DNA from: Antedon mediterranea
Lineage: Eukaryota > Animalia > Echinodermata
Direction: 5' to 3'
Length of the DNA stretch: 64,000 nucleotides
Assembly: GCF_964355755.1 (NCBI RefSeq)
Contig: NC_092674.1
Span: forward strand, 11,036,001 to 11,100,000
In this document: one piece after another, positions 27,604 through 40,002 of the stretch
Position numbering within the stretch: position 1 is the first letter of the stretch
Layout of the letters: the number at the start of each line of letters is the position of its first letter
Made by a program: the position numbers and the translations under genes
The notes under the pieces: generated by a model
What the model was told of the DNA's origin: nothing
Databases searched by the model: none
The model's input: only the letters and a program-made list of their open reading frames with translations

Positions 27604-27906
27604 TTGTTCAGCCTCTTTACGATGTTGTTTTTCTCGATCATATTGAGTCATCAATTGCTCGTTATCATCCCGAAGAAGTTCCAACTCAACATCATTTTCA
27701 ATATTCTGTGACAGTGAAGTATCTAATCCCTCTAACACATTAACAATCAGAGGCATAAGTTCCTTCACAACATCTTCGTCGTATCTTTTAATCATACGTT
27801 CAAACTCTCTATATATCCCAGATGCCAGGCCTGTGACTTTCTCCGACATAACATTTATATTGCCATCATCCGCTGTGCCATATACAGTTTCCATTCCGTC
27901 ATCCAT
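27604..27906 (-). CDS. MAPK8IP3/SPAG9: JNK-interacting protein 3/4 family (JIP3/JIP4, unc-16/Sunday driver orthologue) first coding exon, RH1 domain
   Basis: [43 protein letters not shown]...[21 protein letters not shown]; donor CAA|gtaagt. Confidence 0.95.
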
Positions 27907-28389
27907 GTTTGTTGGTGGTGGGGTCGACTGACTGGATCACTCGACGGTTACTACTGGTGTGGTGGTACAGTCGGGTTCGTACAGTAGTCGGTGGCTGGTA
28001 GGCTAGTAAACCCTATTTAATTTTAAAGTAGCCTAGCTTACCAAATTTAATAAAACACAATGTATCGTAATATTTTGGGTTAGTATATTATACAGACCGA
28101 TCGTTTATGCTGATTTGACTAGTTTGTTCCACATTGCAAACAGGAAGAGTCTCTTTATCAACAGTAGGTAAGCTCAACTAAACTGAAAAAGTGGGCAATC
28201 CATGAGCGAAAAAAAAGGATAGGCCTAGCTAGCTAGGTCACTTTGTCGTGTGGAGGAATGAAATATCGTCGAAAATCATGTGATGCAAGGTTAACGCCTG
28301 CGGGCGCAAGCATACATTTTCCCTTGTCACACACGTCATACACATACACTCTGGGTGAGAAAACTTTTTCAGTTCTGCCAAAGAATATA

Positions 28390-30675
28390 CAGTCGGGCAG
28401 CAAAGTGGTTGACCTCGCGAATTATTACCAAATCAAAATTTGAATTGCCGCCATCTTGGAATCGCGATAAAGCAAGTAGTGCGGAATTACAAAATGCAGC
28501 CAAAAAAATTTTCAATAACATTTAAATAGCATATACATACAATTAAATTTATATTAATAAAATTCAACAAAGGAGTTTACGAAAGATAGGCTACTTAAGA
28601 AATACTGCCGAGATCGGTTCCCCCACACGGCGTAGGGTACCGCAGTGCTAAGGGGCCTAGGTAGGAAAAAATCTGATTTTACCTATTAAACATGCTTGAA
28701 CCAAGGCCATTTCAATATATATTATCCAGATTATATATCAAAACAAACTGATAAAAGGATTTGTTGATTTGCTTCTGATGAGAAAAGTGCCGGATTCATT
28801 TCGTTGACGGCGAATGAATACACGAATTTTCGCCATTTTCTAGCACTAGCCTTGGGTACCCAGACAGCTGATAACGATTATATTCGATTGTCCAGACGTC
28901 TCTGCTACTGGTGCTCAATACTACAGTATGTACCATGGACCTATAGGTCCATGGTATTACTGTACATATAGTACTGTATGTTTAGTTTTTGCTTTCTTTA
29001 TGGCAAAATAAATATTTAATTTTTATTATTGCTTATTTTCCTTTAACTTTATCCAAGAAGAAGTACATATTATTATATATATGCATATTACAGTCAAGTT
29101 GCAACTGCCACGAATCCACTCCACTTTGGTTACTAACTAAATAATTAATACTAATAGTATAACACCATAACTAACAAACAAATTAACAAGTTAATAAATT
29201 AACCACCATTAAATAATTTTATTTACACAAAAGTATTTTACATACAGTATAACATGTAATATCTTGTTTACATCGAAGTAAAATATGCCTATCAAACTAT
29301 CTTGCTCAGGCTAAAATATCAAGTTACATATGTCAATATTCGAGTTAAACCATCGCGACAATAAAAATTTTAATTTTTTTTTTATTTTTAAAGACATCGG
29401 TTGCGTACATCAATTTACAAATATCAAAATAGCATTGTTTTTGCAGCACAAGATGAATCACAAGTCGGATAGTTTATTCTTAGAAACCTGAAAGAAAAAA
29501 AAACACCAATAATGAGCTATTCATAGTTAAATAATTTTAATGTCAACTTTAGTCATCCTAAATTTTGTCCCCATGATCACCTGTGTATATATATATATCA
29601 TACTATGTACGACCATCCAAATTACCTCATCCTACCTACAGTCCTTCCTAGCCTAGGCTACATTATTGTCATTATATATTTACAAACCTCCAACAGCCAC
29701 AACGTATTTTCTTTTCTTTGGCAAAGCATTTCCCGTAATATAGTCCTAAATTAATTAAATAAATTGAAAGGTCTAGGCCTTTCTTTAAATATCCGACGAT
29801 ATATATCTATAATTCAGTGGATATAAATTCAACATTTTAAACATAATATGGCTTCACATTGATTATAATAAGTCGGCGATATGCCACTAAAAACTAGCCT
29901 GCGGCCCTCTCTATCCCTACAAATAGCACTGGGTTTCCGTCTAATGGGCTAGGCCTAGGCCTAGATAATACAAGTTGGGTAAATTTTTTTACAACCAAAT
30001 AATCTACAATTATATTGCAATATTTACCAAACTAGCACCAAATCCAAAATAATAAAGCTACTAATAACCTATTTTGGTATATTAACTGGTTTAAAAACGG
30101 ATTGCACATAGTGATTTTGAAGGATTGAAATTACTCAACCACACGGCCTGTACTAAACATACGAATCCAAGATGGAGTCTGCTTAGAATATATCCCCATT
30201 TTGAACGGATATTGAATCCGTCCCACAAGCTGAACCAAGCTTAAACTTTCAGAAAAGATAGATTAATAACCTAATAACCAACCACTAAGTTTTTATAAAG
30301 GTTCCGTGCTGATGAGAAAAGTGCCGGATTCCCTACGAAACCAAACAAATAAATCATGTAGCCTACCTCAACGCACACCTCCATCTGCACATTTTTCTTC
30401 AATAAGGTCTGTCGTCATTTCCTGGGCTTTTTATACCAAAATTTTGTGGCAGGAATAATCTTCCATATTAGGAATAACAATTTCCAAATATAGAAAGATA
30501 TAATTTAACCCGGATGGTGGAAATTGCAGCAGATTTGTAAGGGTATTCCCATGCAAAATGCTTGCCGCGAAGTGAAAAGCGAACCGGAAGTCACTATAAC
30601 TTGGCGATGCTCAGTGACCTGCGTAGTTAAAAAACAGCGTTTTAACGGTTAAATGAGCACTTTGCTGCTCGACTG
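28390..30675. mobile_element. Non-autonomous DNA transposon, CAG termini, 5-bp TSD ATATA
   Basis: TIR CAGTCGGGCAGCAAAGTG / CACTTTGCTGCTCGACTG (1 mismatch). Confidence 0.75.
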
Positions 30676-30681
30676 ATATAT

Positions 30682-31499
30682 CACAAGAATGAGTATTCCG
30701 CGATTTTTGCATGAGAAATTTGTAACAGAGAGCTCCAGTGAGTGATGCCCGCCCTCATAAGGGCGGATGTATACATACTAAATAAGACTTGATTTAATAG
30801 ATATTATACATGTCACATTAAATAGAATTATGATAATAGTTTTTGCAATTGTAAACTATTTTATAATACATATTTATTAACAAACTAGTGTACATTCACT
30901 TTTACAGACAATTATTTACTAACATGCTAAGTTAGTTCACAAAAAAGGCCTAACACAGCAACACCAAAATCAACGAATCGTTACTCAGCACGGCATATTC
31001 TTTACCATTGCCGTGTACTACTCTACGCCCGGTAAATTAAGTATTGTTTTTATGATATAAATTAGTATAAAATACATGTTGTTAATAGGACAAAATGTTA
31101 AATGTCATTAACATTTATTTGTTTTACCAGAAACAAGTTAAATATAGGAATATTATTAAACTATCTTTCGTGAAAACGCGTAAACAACAACACGCACGGT
31201 CACGCTATCGTAGCGCCCGGTTGATAAAGCAAACTGTTTATACCGCAGTTTTTACTAAATAAATTGCATAAAACGAACAATTAAATATTCAAATAGCATT
31301 TAACATGATGTTGGCATGTAGTTGATAACATTTTTTATCATGAAAATACTACCGGTGGTCCAGCCTTTAATTATACCTCCATGGTGAAACCGTCACAAAA
31401 AGTTGTATACATCCCAGATACATCCACACTTTTGGCGGCGCCCTACCACATGGACAATATTACTGTTACAGGAAAAATCGCGGATTACTCATTCTTGTG
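30682..31499. mobile_element. Non-autonomous element with CAC termini and probable 2-bp TSD AT (EnSpm/CMC-like)
   Basis: 27-bp TIR CACAAGAATGAGTA(T/A)TCCGCGATTTTT. Confidence 0.75.
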
Positions 31500-31977
31500 A
31501 TTATTCTTTGGTTCTCCACATGGGAAAAAAGGTTATTATGTATTTTAAAATACACTCAATGATTAGATTGTGAATGGTCAATTAATAAATACTGCTAGCT
31601 AAGTTGTCTGTTGCATCTTCTTGATTATGAATAGAAATAATCAAAGTAGTAAATTAAAGGAAGACACGGAATAATTATATCAGATCTGAAGTACAATACT
31701 GGTATTATTAATGACAATACGAGTAGTACACTACGTGACAAGATTAGTGTTGTTTATTAAGTATGCAATAATTTGAGTATTAGCGCGATCGCTATCACCT
31801 GGATGGGAGACCGTCTAGGTAATGTTTGACTCATATTTTTCATTTTTGTTTAGACATAACAACTAAACATGGGATTTTTGTTTTAATTTTATAAATATTT
31901 AATACATATTAATAAAAATTAAAATTAAAATACTGTGGAGTATCAGTGGTGACTGGATTTTTTTTTTTTTTTAGATC

Positions 31978-32770
31978 AATCAATTCAATTCAATTTTATT
32001 TCTCAAATAAAAACAAAATACAGTTACATTTTCTAGAAATAATAGATAATAAATGAGAAAAAGAGTACCCCACTGGAAGCTTAAGCTTTAAAATGTGGGG
32101 TCCAGGCAACATATTTAAAATTAAGGTAAGGTAAGAAATATATATAATTATATGATAATGAACAAAAAAGACATTTAACTTAACAAATGCAGTTACAATT
32201 TAACTTAAGACAGATATATATTAGCTTAAACAATAATAGTAGAAACAAGGTAATCATGTAATTTGAACATAAATGAAGATATAAAATTAATAATTTTGAG
32301 TTCTTCAGGTAAAGAATTCCATTTTGTGGTCCTTGAAAAGATATATCATGCTTGCCAACCTCCGTATTAAAACAATCATAAGCATAATCTAATTTATTTC
32401 TGGTATTATAATTATGAATTGAAGTGAACTAAATGTTTGAAAATAAGTATAAAAAATTCTGGGCAGTTGATTATGTTTGAATTTAAACATAAATAAAGTA
32501 AGTCGTAAATATTAAGTGTATTAATTAGATAAGACAAAAAGAGTAGCAGAATGGTGGAGGTAATGTACATTATAAACTGATCTTAAAGCTCTTTTTTTGC
32601 AAAATATAAATACGGTTTAAATTAAAATTTGAAGTAAAACCCCAAACGGTTATACCATAAATTAAATGTGGCAAAAAAGTGATTTATAAATTAATAGTAA
32701 TACGGAAGAAGGCAAGGCATGTTTTTAAGTTTATTGAGGACACCGACCACTCTTGATAGTTTTAATGAAA
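31978..32770 (-). mobile_element. 5'-truncated degenerate LINE (L2/CR1 group) 3' end
   Basis: Minus-strand peptide IYKSL..PHLIYGITVWG..LNRIYILQKKALR and WNSLPEELK; (TTGAA)n-type tail; flanks match uninterrupted sequence at about 37530..37640. Confidence 0.75.
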
Positions 32771-33625
32771 TTGTATTAATATGAGAACTAAAAGATAAGT
32801 ATTCGTCAATAAAAATGCCAAGAAATGTTGTTGCTTTTGTTCTTTCAATTTCGCTGATGCCGTAATATAATTTAGGAATTTAGGAATGGACAGTAGGCCT
32901 ACAAATAAAATAAGTAAAGCTTTATATTTAAAACAGCAAAAAAGAAATTCGGGTAGCACTAACCCTTCCTCAGTTCAAGTGAGAGTGCTTGGAGAAATGT
33001 TTTATAAAACAGCATTGTCATTATTTTAGTAATTTGCCTTTTTGATTTATATCTATCAATATTATTGAATATTATAATTATGATTATTCATAAATTAAAA
33101 CAAATAACTAAAGAGGGAGGGCAGCAAACAGTTATTACATCATAGTTACACTTATCCCCACATGATACACTGTCTCGATGCGATACATTGGTTTTTGTGA
33201 ACAAACCCTCTAATATAATAAATGGGCAGACTATTAAATAAGCAATGGTACTCACAATAGTTATTATAGACATCATGAATATAACGTATCTACCATAGAT
33301 TCTCAATAGGTTTTTTTGTAGACTACATGTTACTTGCTTTAATTCATTTGACCCTGTCTATAACATACCGGGGTATTTCACACGTATACGGCGTTTTATT
33401 ACGCCGTACTGACGACCGATCAGTTAAATTGCAGGAAAATAGTGTAGGCCTATAACAAATTATAATTTTAATATCATTAGGCCTACACTCTCCACATTTT
33501 TGTGTATACAAAATGAATATAACGTACAACCCTTCCTTAATGAATGTATACGTAAACCGCGTTCTGCTGCTGTGTGTAGTAATGCATGGAGGAATCGGTA
33601 TCCTCCCGAATATAGGCACAGTTAT

Positions 33626-35780
33626 CAGGCCCGTAGCCAGGGGGGGTTTTTATGGTTCGGGCGAACCCCCCCTTTACAGCGAACCCCCCCCCCCCCTTAA
33701 CCGACTGCGAACCCCCATCCCCGACATGCCCAATACCTCACCCTCATCTCCGAAAATCGTCCAAATACGTGCCCCACAGTACAAAAAGTTGTTCGTAAAT
33801 TAAAAAATTCGTAAACTCGTTCGGAATAACTCATACAGTACCTTCTTCCCTGTATGAGCGTACTTCGAGCGATATAGTCTGTAAATTTCTAAGAGTTGCA
33901 AATGAATTGCCGATTTTATCAACATGATATTGACGCGTCTCACAGCGAGCTGGGGGACGAACGATTCGTACAAAGGACACCGCCAGACAACTGCGTACCA
34001 ATTGTTTAGATCACTGGCAGTCAGGCAGCATGCATAAAGTATATAGCCTTCCGACATACATCAGTATTTATGTGTGGCTATGAAGTATAATGTATCATAG
34101 AGGATTATAGTGAATATTAATATTTTACACTATAATATCTATGGTATCATGTACTGTAGTTCACATTATGGCATCCGATTATTTTTTTCTAGACCACCAG
34201 CCGATACGTACTCAAATGTATCAATATCACCTATTTACATTGGCATATTTAATTTCCTCAACAAATTGCTGTAAATAAATATTATAGATAGAGCTATAAT
34301 AAGAATTGCATTTTCCTTCACCCAGTGTGCTTTTTTCGGGGCTTCTCCTAGACGTACGTTCGCATTGAACTTGAACGCAAAACAAAATATCGAGTAAAAT
34401 GATCTAACAATCGGCGGTTCCGCACAGAGCACGCGCATCTAACATACGGCAACAAATGTTATCGTTTAAATAGTCCACGAGTCCAAGTACGATCGTTTTG
34501 CTCATTGGTAGCATGCTGCATGAGAGTGTCTTTTCCGGCCATCTAGGGGTGTCATTTAACAAAATTTGCTTCGCCGATACGTACTCAAATGTATCAATAT
34601 CACCTATTTACATTGGCATATTTAATTTTCTCAACAAATTGCTGTAAATAAATATTATAGATAGAGCTATAATAAGAATTGCATTTGCCTTCACCCAGTG
34701 TGCTTTTTTCGGGGCTTCTCGTAGACGTACGTTCAAATTGAACTTGAACGCAAAACAAAATATCGAGTAAATGATCAAATAATCGGCGGTTCCGCACAGA
34801 GCACGCGCATCTAACATACGGCAACAAATGTTATCGTTTAAATAGTCCACGAGTCCAAGTACGATCGTTTTGCTCATTGGTAGAATGCTGCATGAGAGTG
34901 TCTTTTCCGGCCATCTAGGGGTGTCATTTAACATTGCTTCGCCGATACGTACTCAAAATGTATCAATATCACCTATTTACATTGGCATATTTAATTTCCT
35001 CAACAAATTGCTGTAAATAAATATTATAGATAGAGCTATAATAAGAATTGCATTTTCCTTCACCCAGTGTGCTTTTTTCGGGGCTTCTCCTAGACGTACG
35101 TTCGCATTGAACTTGAACGCAAAACAAAATATCGAGTAAATGATCTAACAATCGGCGGTTCCGCACAGAGCACGCGCATCTAACATACGGCAACAAATGT
35201 TATCGTTTAAATAGTCCACGAGTCCAAGTACGATCGTTTTGCTCATTGGTAGCATGCTGCATGAGAGTGTCTTTTCCGGCCATCTAGGGGTGTCATTTAA
35301 CAAAATTTGCTTCGCCGATACGTAGGCCTACTCAAATGTATCAATATCACCTATTTACATTGGCATATTTAATTTCCTCAACAAATTGCTGTAAATAAAT
35401 ATTATAGATAGAGCTATAATAAGAATTGCATTTGCCTTCACCCAGTGTGCTTTTTTCGGGGCTTCTCCTAGACGTACGTTCGCATTGAACTTGAACGCAA
35501 AACAAAATATCGAGTAAATGATCAAACAATCGGCGGTTCCGCACAGAGCACGCGCATCTAACATACGGCAACAAATGTTATCGTTTAAATAGTCCACGAG
35601 TCCAAGTACGATCGTTTTGCTCATTGGTAGAATGCTGCATGAGAGTGTCTTTTCCGGCCATCTAGGGGTGTCATTTAACAAAATTTGCTTCGCCTCAGGC
35701 CCACCCCAGGGGTGGGGGGTGGGGTGACCCAAATACTTAGTGTGCGAACCCCCCCTTGACAGATCCTGGCTACAGCCCTG
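33626..35780. mobile_element. hAT5-like non-autonomous element, 5-bp TSD GTTAT, carrying an internal tandem array
   Basis: CAGGCCCGTAGCCAGG...CCTGGCTACAGCCCTG. Confidence 0.82.
34201..35693. repeat. Four near-identical tandem units of about 370 bp
   Basis: Units begin CCGATACGTA at about 34201, 34574, 34942, 35315. Confidence 0.95.
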
Positions 35781-35844
35781 GTTATTATCAATTAATGAGT
35801 CAAATAATGTATGAGCGTGTATTGTTATATTATTTAATTATATT

Positions 35845-35994
35845 GAGGGTTAGCGCGAACGCAGTCCCTCGCTATCAGAAATTTTACACACGATTTTCAA
35901 TCGCAAGGGTCAACCTGGCTATGTACAATGCCGAGGCCTCACCTTGGGAGGACAATCCTTCTTGATCAAAGTCACTCCTGTGTCAGGTAAGTAT
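35845..35994 (-). ncRNA. U1: U1 snRNA variant or pseudogene (about 150 nt)
   Basis: 5' ATACTTACCTG, loop I GATCAAGAAG, loop II ATTGTAC, Sm-like AATTTCTG, stem-loop IV GAGGGACTGCGTTCGCGCTAACCCTC. Confidence 0.92.
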
Positions 35995-36346
35995 GCTTGT
36001 ACGTAATTAATGGATGGATACATAAATTCAACACCTGATTCGATGTTAACAATGTCGTAGATATTAAGTAATATAAGAACTTATTCGCACCCGTTTGAAA
36101 ATGAGTAATTTAAAAAAACATATTTTGAATTGAAAAAAAAAATGATGATTTTTCTAACAATATGATGATAATCAATGCATTTAATATTATTATTTTCCGC
36201 TGAATATTCATAATACTTAATATATATTATCATAAATGATTCATTCGTTTATATATAGATATAATTTATTATAACGTACCAAAAACGTTTAAAAAGAAAT
36301 GCATAAAAATAGAGGGCGGCATTCACGAACCTGTAAAAACTAGTCT

Positions 36347-36507
36347 TGTCTACACTATCAAACTTTATGTGACAAAAAAAATGTGATGTGCCCATATATG
36401 GACATGAATATGATGATGTCATATCACTACCATATTTAGGAATACCACTACCAAATTTGGGAACATCACACTTTTTTTTGTCAAACTAGTTTGATAGTGT
36501 AGACAAT
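36347..36507. mobile_element. Short MITE (Harbinger-like); degenerate copy near 48635..48715
   Basis: TIR TTGTCTACACTATCAAACT / AGTTTGATAGTGTAGACAA. Confidence 0.7.
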
Positions 36508-36881
36508 CTCAACTATCTATAGTTATCTGAAAAAGTTATCCATTCAAGGCAGATGTGAATGTATTTATTGTTTCAGCACAAACATATTATTTATTATTAT
36601 GCTTTTGAAGAGTTCATACAACAACGATATCTCTTCTTCTTTTGCTTAGAACAAAAAATATGCTTAGTTCTAAATAACATGTAGATGATGGAATCCGAAA
36701 AGAAATCGAATCATGGTTATTAAAAATTGTGTTACGGTCTGTAAAGTAGTATTAGGTAGGTCCGCTTTCTTTCTTCTGGCATTATATGCTAAAGTTAAAA
36801 GATTTAAGTCTAGCCTTATAATTATTCTGTAATTATAATTTTTTAATTCTATATAGATGGGAACCTATTAGTATATGTTAA

Positions 36882-39192
36882 GGCAGAAACTATCGAGGGC
36901 GTGCATATATCATAAATATTCATGATGCGTGATGCCTGAGCTCATGACGTTATACTTGCAAAACACTGCTGTTTGATGCACGTTCGCGTACTGTACTTTT
37001 TTTCTCTCGATGTTTTTGTTAAAAACACTAGACCTGCAATTGTTGACGTTTGACGTAAAAATAATGCATATACAATATATAACGTTAAAAACATTAAAAC
37101 AGGTTATTTCTTGTCTAAAAAAGAAAAAAACAATGCACTACACGGTACCTAATTAGCGCGCGTCGAAAGTCTATTTGGTTCCCACTCTAGAACGCAACGC
37201 AAGGTAAAGCGTGGTTCCCACTAGCGACGCAACGTAACGCAATCTATGCAACGTAAGCAAATGTACCCTTCTAATAATTGCGTTTTCCCCCGCCTGCGTG
37301 AAATCAAGCGATGTATTCAGTACTATTGCGTCGTCGGTTCCCACTAGAACGCAACGAAGCGACGTATCGACGCAAAGTGCCGTATTGCGTAATCACAAGT
37401 GGGAACCGACGACGCAATTACAGTGCTGCAAACATCCTACGGGATCTCAAATCAGTTTGATTTCACGCAACAACGCAAGGGCGTTTTTAAAAATATTTAA
37501 TACATTTTAATCAATTACTAAAAAAATGAAAATACTGTGGGTATCAGGCAGTGGTGGCTGGATCTCAATGGAGATACAGTACAAATAAAATAAGTAAAGC
37601 TAATTAATAACAGCCAAAAATAAATTCGGGTTGCACTAACCCGGGCGCGATTTTTTTTTTCGTACATAAGTTGGGGACCCCCTCATGAAACGTCACAAAA
37701 TAAACATGAATAATTCATCAGTTAAATTTTCTTGTTCCGTGTGCACCCAAGCGTATAGCAACAAGAAGTGATTACACAAGTGCGGTACGATTCTAGGCCT
37801 ATCTCCGCTGTTGAAGAATAGCGGCGTTTTGTGTGGATTGTCGAAATAATCGGCCTTTAGTTTATGGTGTTTTTAATATAATTTATTACTAAAGAATTAC
37901 ATGTTAAAATTATAGTTTCTATTAATACTATTAGGCCTAATTATTAGTCTCTAAACCCATGTCTATTCTAGTAGTAGCTGTGTGGATGTGTGTGACGTGT
38001 GTGTGTGTTAGGTATGACCAAAGATAGTTACACTATCTTTGGTAATAGTTACACTATCTTTGGTAATAGTTACACTATCTTTGGTAATAGTTACACTATC
38101 TTTGGTATGACACAATCCGAGTAATAAGTCAGCACAATTAAACAATAAACATTTCACAAAAATACATTTTTTATTCTCGTGGGTCAAATCTTCCCATCTC
38201 ATGTGTTCATATACGCGCATTTTTAAAGTTCCTTTGAGTACATTGCATATTGTTTGATAATTGATAGCAGAATTAAAAAAATACAGTACACAAATTATAC
38301 ACATTCTTTATTCTTGTGGGTCTAAGCTTTCTTTGGGCTATGTCCAAGAACGCTTGGGTGCACACGGAACAACAACTGCGATACGATTCTTTCTACAATA
38401 ATAGGCCTAGGATTCTAGGTCAATTCACGTGATTGCCTTCGCGCACTCTATTCTTCACACACACGTCCACTATGCAAAATGTGTCGAGGCTAATCGACAG
38501 CTAGGCAAAACATTAAACTAAGTAGTAATTGGACATAGCCCAAAGACACAAGTCACACACACCGTACCCACACAGCTACTACTAGAATATACAGGGGTTT
38601 AGAGACTAGTAATTAGGCCTAATAGTATCAATAGAAACTATAATTTTAACACGTAATTCTTTAGTAAAACTATATTAAAAACACCATAAACTAAAGGCTG
38701 ATTATTTCGACAATCCGCACAAAACTCCGCTATTCTATTATGAAATCGCACGGGGCAACCACAGCGGAGATAGGCCTAGAATCGTACCGCACTTGTGTAA
38801 TCACTTCTTGTTGCTATACGCTTGGGTGCACACGGAACAAGAAAATTTAACTGATGAATTATTCATGTTTATTTTGTGACGTTTCATGATGGGGTCCCCA
38901 ACTTATGTACGAAAAAAAAAATCGCAACCCGGGCACTAACCCTTCATTAGTTCAACCATGGAGGTCCTCCATGGTTCAACTGAGAGTGCTTGGAGAAATA
39001 TTTTATAAAATAGTAATTTCTGTAATTTTAGTGTCATTTACACCCACGGTTGGTGAGTTTTTGCAGCAGCTACTCTAGCAGCGGGACAAGAGATAATTTT
39101 TCATTCAATTCCCGCGTGAAAAAATAGTTCCAGGATTTTCCGTCACATCATGAATATTCATGTATGGATTGAGGCCCTCTATAGTTTCTGTC
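36882..39192. mobile_element. Kolobok-like non-autonomous element with nested insertions
   Basis: TTAA|GGCAGAAACTATCGAGGGC ... GCCCTCTATAGTTTCTGTC|TTAA. Confidence 0.7.
37640..38933. mobile_element. Foldback-type element with about 360-bp inverted arms, CCCGGG ends, TSD CACTAA (or GCACTAAC); internal 21-bp repeats
   Basis: 37640..38000 is the reverse complement of about 38555..38933; empty-site paralogue at about 32950..33010. Confidence 0.85.
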
Positions 39193-39572
39193 TTAAACTA
39201 ATAGAAAAAAGCACCTTACACCACCAAACTCTAGGAAAGCATTCCTCAACCGTTTGTGACCACGACCCCATTATTCTGGATTGGGGAATTCACTGCACTG
39301 TGAAGTGGACCAATTTTGGCGCACAGTAAAATAATCACATACAAAAACATCGAGAAAAAGTATTTCTCGAATTCAAAATAAATTTTAAATTTGGTTTATA
39401 TGTTCAATATCCGTTACTTCATCCGTAATGCAAAAAATGTTTAAGGGTGCAGTAAATCGCGTCCATGAACGATACACCAATTCAATCCTCCTCAGGCTCT
39501 GGGTGGGAATAATTTTACACAACAATTGAAAACAACAGACAAACAAATCAAATCTCTTTATGTTTATTTGGT

Positions 39573-39588
39573 GGCTCTGAAAAGAGCC
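39573..39588 (-). terminator. Histone 3' stem-loop GGCTCTTTTCAGAGCC of H2A-1; identical loops at 43183, 44801, 46857, 49035, 51824, 53628, 55303, 60046 (minus) and 60881, 63410 (plus)
   Basis: Canonical SLBP hairpin, then ACCA and purine-rich AAAGAG downstream element. Confidence 0.97.
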
Positions 39589-39621
39589 GTTTGGTTTGAG
39601 AAATGGTCCATAAATGATGAT

Positions 39622-40002
<381 letters not shown>

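Noticed and set aside
31790-31825. TGGATGGGAGACCG resembling 5S rRNA box C
   Set aside because: Only a short fragment; rest of 5S absent; at most a SINE3-like remnant
34235-35732. Repeated 67-125 aa ORFs
   Set aside because: Arise from the about 370-bp tandem unit; frames vary between units; no recognisable domain
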